From the human T2T-CHM13v2.0 reference genome, Homo sapiens: a stretch of 64,000 nt of DNA. The notes beneath the pieces were generated by a model. That model was not told the origin of the DNA, searched no databases, and was given only the letters and a program-made list of their open reading frames with translations. Where the stretch lies: assembly GCF_009914755.1 (NCBI RefSeq), contig NC_060934.1. The stretch is one strand, 5' to 3'. Made by a program: the position numbers and the translations under genes. Positions 49,292 through 64,000 of this stretch are shown here, piece by piece (the first letter of the stretch is position 1; each line of letters starts with the position of its first letter).

Positions 49292-50955
49292 TAGAGACTG
49301 GGTTTTACCATGTTGGTCAGTCTGGTCTCAGACTCCTGACCTCAAACGATCTGCCCACCTCAGCCTCCCAAAATGGCTTCTCCTATTCTTGAAGAAATCA
49401 ACACATCTACAGCTGACATTTCAACTATTGTTGTGATGGGCTACCAAGGGCATATAGTGACAGAAGATCTAAAATCCAGATGGAGAACTGTAAGTTGATA
49501 GAAACACCAGTGAAATTTCCTATAGGAATTTCTCTTGGCCACATCATATCTGAGCTAAGAACTATAACCCACTTTTCAAAAGAGTGAATATTTTATTCAC
49601 CTGAAAGCTGTGCATTCTGGACTCCAACTGGACAGGGGAGGCCGCAGAGGGGCAGGCTAGTTCCTTTAAGGAGACACCATGAGATGACCAGGGACTATCC
49701 AAACTATCCATATCCCCACAGCAGGCTCCCCACTGCACCTGGACTGCCACCTGCCACCCTTCTACTTCTCTCCAACCTTGGTTTCCAGCTGGAGCTGGTT
49801 GGAGAGTGGAGGGACTACGCTGTGAGCCCTGGAGACTCTGTGTGGGGTACATACTCCTTTGTTTGGAACCAAACACAAATTATCAACTCCTGTTAGCAAG
49901 AGACCATGAGGTCAGTGAAAGAAAAAGAAAAAGCCCTTTTTTTTTTCTTTTTTTTTTTTTTTTCCGTTTTTTGAGACCAGGTCTCACACTCTCACCTAGG
50001 CTGGAGTGCAGCAGCACGTTCTTGGTTCACTGCAACCTCTGCTTCCTGGGCACAAGCAATTCTCCAGCATCAGCCTCCTGAGCCGCTGAAATTATAGGCA
50101 TGGATCACCACACCAGGCTAATTTTTATATTTTTTGTAGAGATGGGGTTTCACCATGTTGTCCAGACTGGTCTCAAATTCCCGAGCTCAAGTGATCTGCC
50201 CGCCTTAGCCTTCCACAGTGCTGGGATTACAGGCATGACCTACTGCACCCGGCCTAAAGGCTTTATTGTCTATAAAAATAAATAAACAAAAAGATCTATG
50301 GATCGGGGAGACACAGGCTCCAGTGTAAGACAAAAATTGAGCTCCAAAGAACAAAAAGAGGTCCTGGCTTAAATAGGGAAAGGTCCTGCCCTAGACGTCA
50401 ATATGGTCTGTACATGCAAATGAGGATTGAAACTGGTTCAGACCTCACTGATTGAAAATAACTGTGTCTCAGTTGGGTAGTTTCTAAGCCCAAAGCCAGT
50501 GGTCTCTGTAGGGTGCCCCTTTCAGGCAGCTGGCAGGAGATTTCCAGCCACGTGTCTCGGCTCTGGTTTCAGAAGCCATCTTAGCTCAGAGGTACAAACA
50601 GGAGGTTTGTCTAGAGCTGCCCTCTCCTGGGAAGAGGAATGCATGACTGCTCTTCTCTCACCCCACCATGGCCCCTTGGCTCCCATCATCTTCATTTGAG
50701 TGTCACTTTCAGCCACAAGACGTCCTTCTCCTCTGGAGAGCTTGGGGTCGTCCTTAGAGCTTCATTTCAGACTCCCAACTTGCACAAAGTCCCAGTTGCC
50801 CCTGCTAGGGAATGAGGCCCAACATTCCCACCAGAACCAGGCTCAGACCTTTCTCTCCAAAGCTAAAATACAATCTCAAGTAATGACAAGCCAATCCCAA
50901 TTCTGCCTCTAGGCACTAACTCCCCATTTTTGGCTCCAAAGACAGGGCCACCTTT

Positions 50956-51100
50956 TGAAACCACCTTTGCAAAATTATGACAGTAATTTGAGTCTGACAT
51001 AATTGACTCCATCTTGTTTCTAACCTCCAAGCTATCTTCAGTCATTCCTGGACATAGATCAAGCTGCTGACTTTGGGAGAAATGTAGCTTATAGTTTTTT
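50956..51100 (+). mobile_element. LTR8 5' fragment followed by a truncated minus-strand Alu ending at the duplication breakpoint
   Basis: TGAAACCACCTTTGCAAAATTATGAC...GACTCCATCTTGTTTCTAACCTCCAAGCT. Confidence 0.75.
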
Positions 51101-51797
51101 TTATTTGACTTGATTATTTTATTTTATTTTATTTTTTTGAGATGAAGTTTTGCTCTGTTGCCCACACTGGAGTGCAGTGCACTCGGGTCACTGCAACCTC
51201 TGCCTCCCAAGCCTAGCCAGTTGGGCCTGCTGCCACTGCCAATGCCAGAGGGAGACTCACCAGGTCAGGAGAGCATGAGCTGGGCAGGCCTCACGGCCAC
51301 TTGCAGGGCTGATAACCCCAGGTCACAGGTACCATAACAGTTGTACACCACTGGTGCCACTGCATTGCCTAACTGCCCACAGACATACCCCACAACCCAC
51401 TTGACTCTAGCAAGCACAGGGGACCACAGAGATGTCACTGGGGAGTTGCGGATCCCTTGGTGTCATAACCCTCTGTGCAGTCCACTCAAGGTTGGGGGAG
51501 TGCGGCCCACCAAAGCCACCTTTGGAACAAAAGAAACATGGCCACAGCACTAGTCACTGAAGGAGTCACCATAAGAGCCTGGGAATGGACATGGAGAGGG
51601 TGTCATCTCTTGCCTCTCATTTCCCCTCCCCAGTGCACTGTTGCAGATAAGGCAGGGGCACTTCCACTTGGGACCCAGTAAGCATGTGATGAAAGAGGCT
51701 GCTCTGGCCGGGCGTGGTGGCTCATCCCTGCAATCCCAGCACTTTGGGAGGTGGAGGTGGGCAGATCACCTGATGTCAGGTGTTCTAGACCAGCCTA

Positions 51798-52073
<276 letters not shown>

Positions 52074-53163
52074 CTACCAAAAGACACCTGCATTCGTATG
52101 CTTATCACAGCACTATTCATAATAGTAAAGTCATGAAACCAACTTAGGTGCCCATCAGTGGTGTACTGAATAAGGAAAATGCGGTACATATACACCATGG
52201 AATACTACACAGCCATAAAAAGAATGATATCATAGACTTTGCAGCAACATGGATGCAGCTAGAAACCATTATTCTAAGAAAATTAATGCAGAAACAAAAA
52301 ACCAAGTATTGCATGTTTTCACTTATAACTCAGAGTTAAACCCTCGGTGCACACAGACATAAAGATGAGAACAAAAGACACTAAGTACCCCAAAAGAAGA
52401 GAAGGAAGGGGGGGGAAGGGTTGAAAAACTATCTATAGGATACTAGGTTCACTTTTTGAGTGACAGGATCAATAAAAGCCCAAACCTCAGGACAATTGAT
52501 TTGCAGTATGTGCAAATATATCCATGTAACTAACCTGCACATGAAACTTCAAATCTAAAATAAAAAATAAAATAAAATAAAGCAATCACTGGATTAAAAC
52601 TTCTACCAAGAGATCATTTCAGTTGTCTACACTACTACAGAGGAAAAATAGTGTGTGCTTTTGCTACAACTGATGAGCTCAAAATAATTAAGAGAAAGAA
52701 GAAATAGACAATGAATTGGGGAAGTAGCTAACTGTATCTGGAACTGCATCCAATCAGCTACATTAAATGGCCTTTACTGAGTATTTTATATGTGTCTGTG
52801 GATGGCATAAGTGTGTTATTTCATTGAAAATAGTACAAATATTTTCAAAGAACATTTCACTTAAATTTCACAGTTGCTAAGAAAATGCTACCTGCAAGAC
52901 TGACCTACATAAAGAAATAAGAGTCTCTTCAAAAGAGATGGTAAATTGTAAATATAAAATATATCACAATGTTAAAATCCTCATAGTGCAAATCAATAAA
53001 GATAACAACCTTTGGAGAGGAAAGTATTGAGCTTTACAAATTTACTGTAAATTTACATATTAATTCAACAAGGAATACTTTTAAACCTTGCTCTGTCACA
53101 GAATTACTTTGTGGGAAAAAAAAAGATGTACTTTTTGAATATGTGTACATCAAATCCAAAAAG

Positions 53164-53592
53164 TTAACTTTTACTTTTTCCTTTATGGGCAACTTTGGAT
53201 GCATTTTTCGGTTTTGGTTCCCAGAGGGCATTTCTTACAAATCTTGAAGCTGCACCTCTGTCCAGCTTGCCAGCCTTTTTCTTGTCTGTTATTTCCTTGA
53301 CTCTGTTCATATATACTCTGATTCTTTCCAATTCCTGCTTTACTGGATGTTCCTTAGGATTCACTCCTTGAGTTGCCAAATAAACCCAAAACATTGAATT
53401 TAATGTGTATGCAGAAACCAAATCCACTTTTGCTTGTTCAAGTGGGTCCAACTTCTGCAACAACTCATTTCTAGAAACAGACATCATGTTCTTCAGCATC
53501 TCATCCACAGCATCAATGGAATTCGCAAATGCTGACAAATAATCGTGAATTTCTACTGGATAGTCCTCATTAATTTCTTCAGCTGCCATCAT
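53164..53592 (-). pseudogene. C1DP2: C1D retrocopy 2 with a complete open reading frame (141/142 aa; possible retrogene)
   Basis: GCCATGATGGCA start, full length to TAA; about 8 aa differences from human C1D as recalled; intronless; P-number from recollection. Confidence 0.9.
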
Positions 53593-55559
53593 GGCTGACT
53601 CACGGCCTTCGACTCCAGTCTCCTAGAAAGCGGTTGGGCAATGATGACCTCAATGACGTGCCGGATCTAGAACAGAGTCTTATAAAAGTATTTCTCTACA
53701 TTCCCAGAAATACATTTATTATAATTGCATCTTATGGCCCTTTTTTCAACAGAAGTAAACTTCCTGGAACATTGGAAGAGCACAAAATTTATTTTCTAAA
53801 TGAAATATTCTAAGACGCTTGTCATTCTCTCAGGTTCAAAGCCTAAAGAGGTACACCAATAAAACAAGATTCACTATCCCATCGAAGATCATGGGGAGAT
53901 GTTTGCTCAGGTGGTCACGTGATGTGCAGAAACAGAGGGAGACACAATTGAACTAAATAAAGAAAGACGTAGGCTGGACGCAGTAGCTCAGCCTGTGATC
54001 CCAAGACTTTAGGAGGCCAAGGCAGCACACTGCTTGAACCTAGGAGTTCTACATATATATATATAAAATATATATACATAATATAAATATATATTTTATA
54101 AATATAAACATATTTATATACATTATATATAAATATATATTTATATATAATATATTATAAATATATGTAATATAAATATATATATAATATGTATATATAT
54201 TAAAAATATGTAATCCCAGCTACGTGGGAGGCTGAGGCAGGAGAATCGCTTGAACTCAAGAGGTAGAGTTTTCAGTGAGCCGAAATCTTGCCACTGCACT
54301 GTAGCCTGGGAAACAGAGGGAGACTCCATCTCAGAAAAAAAAAAAACAGAACCAGATTTCCCACTGGCACTGACAGGGCTGGTATTCTTAAGGCAGTAAC
54401 TTTGAATTTGCATCTGGACACATTTCCATTATTAAAAGAAAAAAAAGAAAAAATAAAAATAAATAAAACAACAAGAACAAAACATAAAACCAAGAAAAAG
54501 AGATGTCTGAAGGTTACTTTACATCACTAGGCCTACACCCAAGGGCAGAGACCAAAGCACCAGCTGTTCTTCAGAGAAGAAACACGATGATCCAGATGAA
54601 AGAAAGATGTTTCCCAATGGGTTCAGATGTCCTTTTAGAATCAAGGGAATGTCCCTAGTATATGCCAAATCACTACTTAAAGTTTATCTGGTGGGGCATG
54701 GTGCCTCATACCCATAATCCCAGCACTTTGGGAGGTCGAGGCATGAGGATCACTTGAGCCCAGGAGTTTGAGGCCAGCCCTGGCAACACAGCAAGACCCC
54801 ATCTCTACAAAAAATAAAACGACTAGCTGGTGTGGTGGTGCGACCTGTAGTCCCAGCTACTCAGGAGGCTGGAGTGAGATCACTTGAGGCTGAGAGTCAG
54901 GGCTGCAGTGATTACAGACATGAGCCACCGCGCCCAGCCTTTTTTTTTTTTTTTTTTTCATCATGTAATACGTCCATGTAATGAAACTTATTTCTTACAG
55001 TGCTGGAGTCTGGGAAGTCCACAGTCCACGGGCTACAGCTGGTTGGCTTCTGGCAAGGGCCTCATCCTGCATCATAACATGGTGGACAGCATCACATGGA
55101 GGGAAGTTCGCAGGAGACAGAGCCGAACAGGCTTTTATAACAGACCCTCTCTCATGATAATTCACTCCCCATTATTCCTACTCACCCATTAACCCACTCA
55201 CTCAGGAATGGATTCACCCATTCATGAAGGCAGGGACCTCATGATCCAATTATCTCTTAAAGGACCCACCTCTTAATCCTGTTACTTTGCAGACTAGGTT
55301 TCAGCATGAATTTCAGAGAGGACAAACAAATCATAGCACCATTTTAGTCAAATACACCTCAATAAGAATTTCACAATTTTACTTAATCTTTTCAGTGAAT
55401 AAAGTATTTGATTTTGCAATTAGATTTTGATTATGGGATAGAATGCACAAATAAATAAACTTTGGTGGAAACCATAATTGTTTCTTTTTCTTCCACCTAT
55501 CAGTCTAGGTATTCCTAAAACTCAACTTGACTTTTTAAAAAATTATACAATGTACATGA

Positions 55560-55907
<348 letters not shown>

Positions 55908-55989
55908 TGACTTAAACTATCATAAACTCTAGAAAACAAGCCCTTTAGCATCAACACAGAGAACAGCCAGCAGGCTGATAGGAACTTAC

Positions 55990-56108
55990 CATTTGAACTT
56001 TTGGCCAAATCCATACTGGGAAGGGAGGCCTGGATTCCAGAGTCTAGTGACTTCACAGAACAACTGCCAGGGACACAAGATACAAAAAAACGCAGGGTGG
56101 CCCACCCA
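55990..56108 (-). pseudogene. Duplicated orphan DUXBL-like exon 1 (ATG 56014, MDLAKSSN-G|GTAAGT), with no homeobox exon downstream
   Basis: Identical 25-nt coding part and donor to 39896-39872; homology ends in the Alu at 55608-55905. Confidence 0.8.
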
Positions 56109-59100
56109 TCTCTCACACTGCTGACATCAGGTGACCCGACCCCCTCCGGACCCAAAGTGCTGGGATTACAGGCATGAGCCACTGAGCCTGGCCACACCCA
56201 TTTCTTAAATACCTTTCTACTGAATCCCTTCATTAAATATTTAACACCACTTAAAAGGATTTTGAAGTAATTAGATTAAGGGTAAGATGAATTTTAAGTA
56301 GAAGTACAGATTCTACTACGTAATTTTTCGTCTATCATGATACTTTTCCAAATATGACTTTGGTTTTCTGCTCTCTAGTTTCCACATATTTAAGCATTTT
56401 CTTCTCTGTGTTCAGGTTCTTTTATTTCTTAATTATTTTGGCTTGGCCATGTTATTTCACAAATGGAGAGTCTCGCCTTACTTTATACGTTTCACATTCT
56501 CCTCAGCTTTTCCTGAAAAGTATTTTATCCCATCATCAATGTGGTGGTCTGGCCATATGTCAAGTTAGTTAGTCTAAGCTCTGCAGTTCATCCATCAAAC
56601 ATGAATGCAAGTGTTGCTATAAATGCATTTTGCATGTGTGATTAATATATAAAATCAATTGGCTTTACCCAAAACAGATTATTCACTGTAATGCGGGTGG
56701 GACTGGAGAGCAACTTTAGCTCCTGCCTGAGAGTGTCAGCTTACCTTTCCCTACAAATTTCTTTCCTGCCTAGTCAGTCCCCACAATTGTGTAAGTCAAT
56801 TTCCTTGAAAACTGGTTCTGTTTCTCTGGTCGAATTTTGACTGACACAGATATTGGTCCTGTTAGTGGCTGTATAACAAAGAATGTTATAGATGAGTTTT
56901 CTGAATTGATTCTGGGTTTCTAAAATTGATTCTCTAATCAAATAAACTTTAAGGGCACTGGCCAGGCACGGTGGCTCAGGACTGTAATCCCAACACTTTG
57001 GGAGGCCAAGGTGAGTGAATCACGAGGTCAGGAGTTCAAGACCAGCCTGACCAACATGGTGAAACTCCCGTCTCTACTAAAAACACAAAAATTAGCCAGG
57101 CATGGTGGCAGGCACCTGTAATCCCAGCTACTCAGGAGGCTGAGGCAGGAGAATTGCTTGAGCCCGGAGGCAGAGGTTGCAGTGAGCCAAGATCGTGCCA
57201 CTGGATGCCAGCCTATGTGACAGCAAGACTCCATCTCCAAAAACAAACAAACAAAAACAAACTTTAAAAGCACTAATGACCAGTTCCAGTAATAGAGAGG
57301 GCACTGGGTTCCTGACTAAATGTAGCAATTTATCACCATTGGACACTCCTAATCATACCTACAGAAAGCATCAGAGGCTAACACTGAGTCCCCAGTATGG
57401 CACCATCACCCAGGGTGATAAGCTATATCTAGAGGAAAAATAATTACATTAGACCACTACCATTGTAGAAGGAATGAAGTTTGTTCTTACTGGAATAGAC
57501 ACACTGGGTATGCTTTTGCCTTCCCTGCACTCAATCCTTCAGCCAAAAGAATTATCTGTAAACTGACAGAATATCTTATCTGCTGTCATGGTACTCCATA
57601 CAACATTGCTTCCAACCAAGGAACTCACTTCCAAGCAAGTGAGTTATAGCAATGGGCCCATACTCATGGATTCATTGGTTTTGTCATGTTCCTTAGCATC
57701 CTAAAGGAGATGGCTTTTTATTTTTTTTTTTTGACAGTCTCACTATGTTGCCCAGGCTGGAGTGCAGTGGCATGATCTCGGCTCCCTGCAACCTCCATCT
57801 CCCAGATTCAAGGGATTTTCCTTCCTCAGCCTTCTGAGTAGCTGGAATTACAGGCACGTGTCATCACGCCTGGCTAATTTTCATATTTTTAGTAGAGACG
57901 GGGTTTTGCCATGTTTGCCAGGCCGCTCTCGAACTCCTGACCTCAGGTGATGTGCCTGCCTCAGCCTCCCAAAGTGCTGGGATTGCAGCTGTGAGCCACC
58001 TCGCCTGGCCCACTTGACTTTCAATAAGTGGTCCTGATTATTGAATTAATCAGTTGGAAAAAAGGCCTTCAAAGCAGAAGTGAGTCTTCCATAAAAAAAT
58101 TCTGCCTATGAACAATGGCAGCAGTTCTTGTCCAACCTTTCCTATGGACTTTGGACTTTCTCAAGTGATCCTCCACAATCACATAAGCCAGTTCCTTGCA
58201 ACAAATCTCTAAATATATACTAGTTCTCTTTCTTGGTTGATACTCTGATGAATACAATCATCCCATTGTTGATTTTGGTAAAATGACATAATAGGAAAAC
58301 TTGTATGAGTAGATTTGTCTCTGGAGATAAGCCATGGGTGATACAAAACCTTTTTGAATCCTAGAAAGATGGCAGATGGGCTGGGCACGGTGGCTCATGA
58401 CTGAAATTCCAACAGTTTGGGAAGCCGAGGTGGGTGGATCACTTAAGGTCAGGAGTTTGAGACCAGCCTAGCCAACATTACGAAACCCCATCTTGACTAA
58501 AGATGCAAAAATTAGCCCAGCATGGTGGCACATGCCTGTAGTTCCAACTACTCAGGAGGCTGAGGCAGAGAATCGCTTGAACCTGGGAGGTGGAGGTTGC
58601 AGTAGGCCGAGGTAGCACCACTGCACTCCAGGCTGGACAACAGAGACTCCCTCACCAAAAAAAGAAAAAAAAAAAGAAAGAAAGATGGCAACCCATCTTA
58701 TGGCACTATAAATTTTTGGTAAATCTGTGTCAGTTGTGAATACCTGGAAGGCAGAAGTGAGGAAAATAATGAAAGCAGAATATCACTATCATGACTCACC
58801 CGCTCTTAGCTGGTACTGTACATGGGGTACATATTATACATAGGGTATATGAAGAAAGAAATGAGTTCAGAAAGAAACATTTTGCTTAAGAGGGTGAAGG
58901 AAATGGAACAAAAAGAATACATCACTGTAAGGTAAGACCTACAGATGTTTTTTCTCATTTTAAATAAGGAAATAAAAACATAGAGGCCCACATCCTAACA
59001 ACAACAACTGTGTATATACTCAAACCTGGGTTATGGCCATCACACCATTGCTTTAAAGCAAAAAGGTGCAATGTGGACAACTACAAGCCACTGGAGGGTA

Positions 59101-60298
59101 CTTCTTCCATGACGAGGAAACAAAGTATTGAGTAAGACTTCACATTTCAAACATCTCTTCAGAAAACACTGAGGGTCAATGGAAAGGCCAGACATACACC
59201 ATGGTTTTAGAGGGAGGAAGCTCACAGCCTACTCAGAGTTTCCAGGTGCCAGGACCAGTCCCCGGACCTGGACCAGATCTAAGGAGGTGGTGATGAAGGA
59301 ACTTCAGACATCACATTCCCTCCATGGACCCCTGTGATCCTAGCTACAGGAGTTCCCACAATCCCCATAGACATTTTGACTTCCAGGGAGAGCCGCCTGG
59401 AGAACAAGCAGAGGCACAGCTTGAACCTGAGCAAAGCACAGAAGGCTTCACTGAGCTGTGCCGTGGTAGCAAAACACAACCATAAACGCTGATTTCCGAA
59501 GACGCTTCGTCTTGCACTGAGTGTGGGACCGAGGTGCATCTGGACCACACTCCCCCTACCACCTCACTCCCACTACCTCCCAGTCCCTCCCAAGACTGCC
59601 CACCTGGCCAGTCTCACAGAAGGATACCCACAGCACACCTCCACTGCACTGCACAGAGAAGAGTGCTATGTGGGTCCATGTGCCAGCATGGGAGCTGGGT
59701 GCCCCTCCCTTTGCAAGACTGGACCGGGAAGGGAATGACCTGATAGCCAAGGCTTCTCCCCAATGGGGTCTCATAGCTGAGAATGCCTGTAACAGCTCAG
59801 CAACCTGGATGCAGACAGCTGAGAACAAGCCTAGCCAGTTGGGCCTGCTGCCACTGCGAATGCCAGAGGGAGACTCACCAGGTCAGGAGAGCATGAGCTG
59901 GGCAGGCCTCACAGTCCCTTGCAGGGCTGAAAACCCCAGGTCACAGGTACCATAACAGTTGTACACCACTGGTGCCACTGCATTGCCTAAGTGCCCACAG
60001 ACATACCCCACAACCCACTTGACTCCAGCAAGCACAGGGGACCAGAAAGAGATCACTGGGGAGTTGCGGATCCTTTGGTGTCATAATCCTCAGAACAGTC
60101 CACTCAAGGTTGGGGGAGTGCAGCCCACCAAAGCCCCCTTTGGAACAAAAGAAACATGGTTGCAGCACTAGTCATTGAAGGGGTCACCATAAGAGCCTGG
60201 GATTGGACATGGAGAGGGCGTCATCTCTTGCCTCTTATCTCCCCTCCCCAGTGCACTGTTGCAGATGAGGCAGGGGCACTTCCACTTGGGACCCATTA

Positions 60299-60628
<330 letters not shown>

Positions 60629-61792
60629 CTAAAAATAGAATCACCATTCAACCCAGAATTCCCACTACTAGATAGATGCCTAAAGGAAAATAAATCATTC
60701 CACCAAAAAGACACCTGCATTTGTATGCTTATCACAGCACTATTCACAAGAGTAAAGACATGAAACCAACCTAGGTGCCCATCAGTGGTGTACTGGATAA
60801 AGAAAATGTGGTACATACACACCATGGAATACTACACAGCCATAAAAAGAATGAAAACACAGACTTTGCAGCAACATGGATGCAGCTAGAAACTATTATT
60901 CTAAGAAAATTAATGCAGAAACAGAAAACCTAGTATTGCATGTTTTCCCTTGTAACTTGGAGTTAAACCCTGGGTACACACAGACATAAAGATGAGAACA
61001 AAAGACACTGGGTACTCCAAAAGAGGAGGAGGAAGGGAGGCGGGAAGGGTTGAAAAACTATCTATAGAATACTAGGTTCACTTTTTGAGTGACAGGATCA
61101 ATAAAAGCCCAAACCTCAGGACAATTGATTTGCAGTATGTGCAAATATATCCATGTAACTAACCTGCACATGAAACTTCAAATCTAAAATAAAAAATAAA
61201 ATAAAATAAAGCAATCACTGGATTAAAACTTCTACCAAGAGATCATTTCAGTTGTCTACACTACTACAGAGGAAAAATAATGTGTGCTTTTGCTACAACT
61301 GATAAGCTCAAAATAATTAAGAGAAAGAAGAAATAGACAGTGAATTGGGGAAGTGACTAATTGTATCTGGAGCTACATCCAATCAGCTACATTAAATGGC
61401 CTTTATTGAGTATTTTATATGTGTCTGTGGATGGTATAAGTGTGTTATTTCATTGAAAATAGTACAAATATTTACAAAGAATATTTCACTTAAATTTCAC
61501 AGTTGCTAAGAAAATGGTACTTGCAAGACTGACCTATATAAAGAAATAAGAGTCTCTTCAAAAGAGATGGTAAATTGTAAATATAAAATATATCACAATG
61601 TTAAAATCCTCATAGTGCAAATCAATAAAGATAACAACCTTTGGAGAGGAAAGTATTGAGCTTTACAAATTTACTGTAAATTTACATATTAATTCAACAA
61701 GGAATAGTTTTAAACCTTGCACTGCCACAGAATTATTTTGTGGGAAAAAAAGAGATGTACTTTTTGAATATGTGTACATCAATATCAAAAAG

Positions 61793-62218
61793 TTAACTTT
61801 TACTTTTTCCTTTATGGGCAACTTTGGATGCATTTTTCGGTTTTGGTTCCCAGAGGGCATTTCTTACAAATCTTGAAGCTGCACCTCTGTCCAGCTTGCC
61901 AGCCTTTTTCTTGTCTGTTAATTCCTTGACTCTGTTCATATATACTCTGATTCTTTCCAATTCCTGCTTTACTGGATGTTCCTTAGGATTCACTCCTTGG
62001 GTTGCCAAATAAACTCAAAACATTGAATTTAATGTGTATGCAGAAACCAAATCCACTTTTGCTTGTTCAAGTGGGTCCAACTTCTGCAACAACTCATTTC
62101 TAGAAACAGACATCATGTTCTTCAGCATCTCATCCACAGCATCAATGGAATTCGCAAATGCTGACAAATAATCGTGAATTTCTACTGGAGAGTCATTAAT
62201 TTCTTCAGCTGCCATCAT
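61793..62218 (-). pseudogene. C1DP4: C1D processed pseudogene copy 3 (3-nt deletion near the N-terminus, TGG>TGA nonsense at 62015-62017)
   Basis: ORF split into 62015-62218 and 61793-62008 in the same frame; P-number from recollection. Confidence 0.9.
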
Positions 62219-62839
62219 GGCTGACTCACGGCCTTCGACTCCAGTCTCCTAGAAAGCGGTCAGGCAACGAAGTCTTCAATGAGGTGCCGGATCTAGAACT
62301 GAGTCTTTTAAAAGTATTTCTCTACATTCCCAGAAATACATTTGTTATAATTGCATCTTATGGCCTTTTTTTCAACAGAAGTAAAATTTCTGGAAGATTG
62401 GAAGAGCACAAAATTTAATTTCTAAATGAAATATTCAAGGACGCTTGTCATTCTCTCAGGCTCAAAGCCTAAAGAGGTACACCAATAAAACAAGATTCAT
62501 TATCACATCGAAGATCATGGGGAGATGTTTGCTCAGGTGGTCACGTGATGTACAGAAACAGAGGGAAACACAATTGAACTAAATAAAGACGCAGGCTGGG
62601 CGCAGTAGCTCAGCCTGTGATGGCAAGATTTTAGGAGGCCAAGGCAGCAGATTGCTTTAACCTAGGGGTTCTACATATATATATAAAATATATAATATAA
62701 ATATTTTATATATGCAATCCCATCTACTCGGGAGGCTGAGGCAAGAGAATCGCTTGAATGCCGGAGGTGGAGTTTGCAGTCAGCCAAAATCTTGCCACTG
62801 CACTCCAGCCTGGGAGACAGAGCGAGACCCCATCTCAGG

Positions 62840-62907
<68 letters not shown>

Positions 62908-63110
62908 ATATAAAGAAATAAAGTCCCAATGTTTTCTACATGTGGAAGAAAAGGTAGAGTGACCCAAATATTTCTTCATCCTTGAGTAGTGGTAGATTAT
63001 TTGTACTTTTAGAGAAAAGCACAAAAGGTAAAAGAAAAGCCTCTTTGGATTTACTTTTCCATGTCCTAAAGTACTTTTCAATCAAAAGTGAAGATCAATC
63101 AATCGTCTCA

Positions 63111-63641
<531 letters not shown>

Positions 63642-64000
63642 CTATTATTAAAAGAAATAAAGAAAAGAAAAAATAAAAATAAATAAAACAACGACAAGAA
63701 CACAACATAAAACCAAGAAAAAGAGATATCTCAAGGTTACTTTACATCACTAGGCCTACACCCAAGGGTAGAGACCAAAGCACCAGCTGTTCTTCAGAGA
63801 AGAAACACGATGATCCAGATGAAAGAAAGATGTTTCCCAATGGGTTCAGATGTCCTTTTAGAATCAAGGGAATGTCCCTAGTATATGCCAAATCACTACT
63901 TAAAGTTTATCTGGTGGGGCATGGTGCCTCATACCTATAATCCCAGCACTTTGGGAGGTCGAGGCAGGAGGATCACTTGAGCCCAGGAGTTTGAGACCAG

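Noticed and set aside
50270-50950. Short ORFs and promoter-like motifs (ATGCAAAT, CCAAT-like)
   Set aside because: Appears to be a minus-strand LTR/ERV remnant; family and function could not be supported

Overview
Primate (very likely human) repeat-dense, non-genic DNA with no intact multi-exon gene. From recollection, the gene order resembles human 10q22.3 (ZNRF2P3/DPY19L2P5/C1DP cluster near TMEM254); this was not verified by a search. There are three main stories. (1) 2.7-8.4 kb: a ~5.7-kb retrotransposed chimeric RNA inserted into ORF1 of an old L1. It carries ZNRF2 exon 1, an antisense unspliced DPY19L2 exon 1 with its promoter, and an LTR6 cut at its poly(A) site, followed by a poly(A) tail and a TSD. 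(2) 34.7-40.2 kb, minus strand: the remnant of a DUXBL/DUXB-type double-homeobox gene. It has an intact ATG exon and an intact, in-phase homeodomain-1 exon; the middle exons are missing and the terminal exon has stops. A TATA-like box and a DUX4-like motif lie upstream. (3) 39.5-64 kb: a tandem segmental array with Alu-associated junctions, holding three C1D retrocopies (one with a complete ORF) and a second copy of the DUXBL promoter/exon 1, now 2.4 kb upstream of the intact C1D ORF on the same strand. The rest is L1, Alu, LTR and DNA-transposon debris with several rearrangement scars. Repeat subfamily names and comparisons with parent proteins are from memory; most boundaries are approximate.
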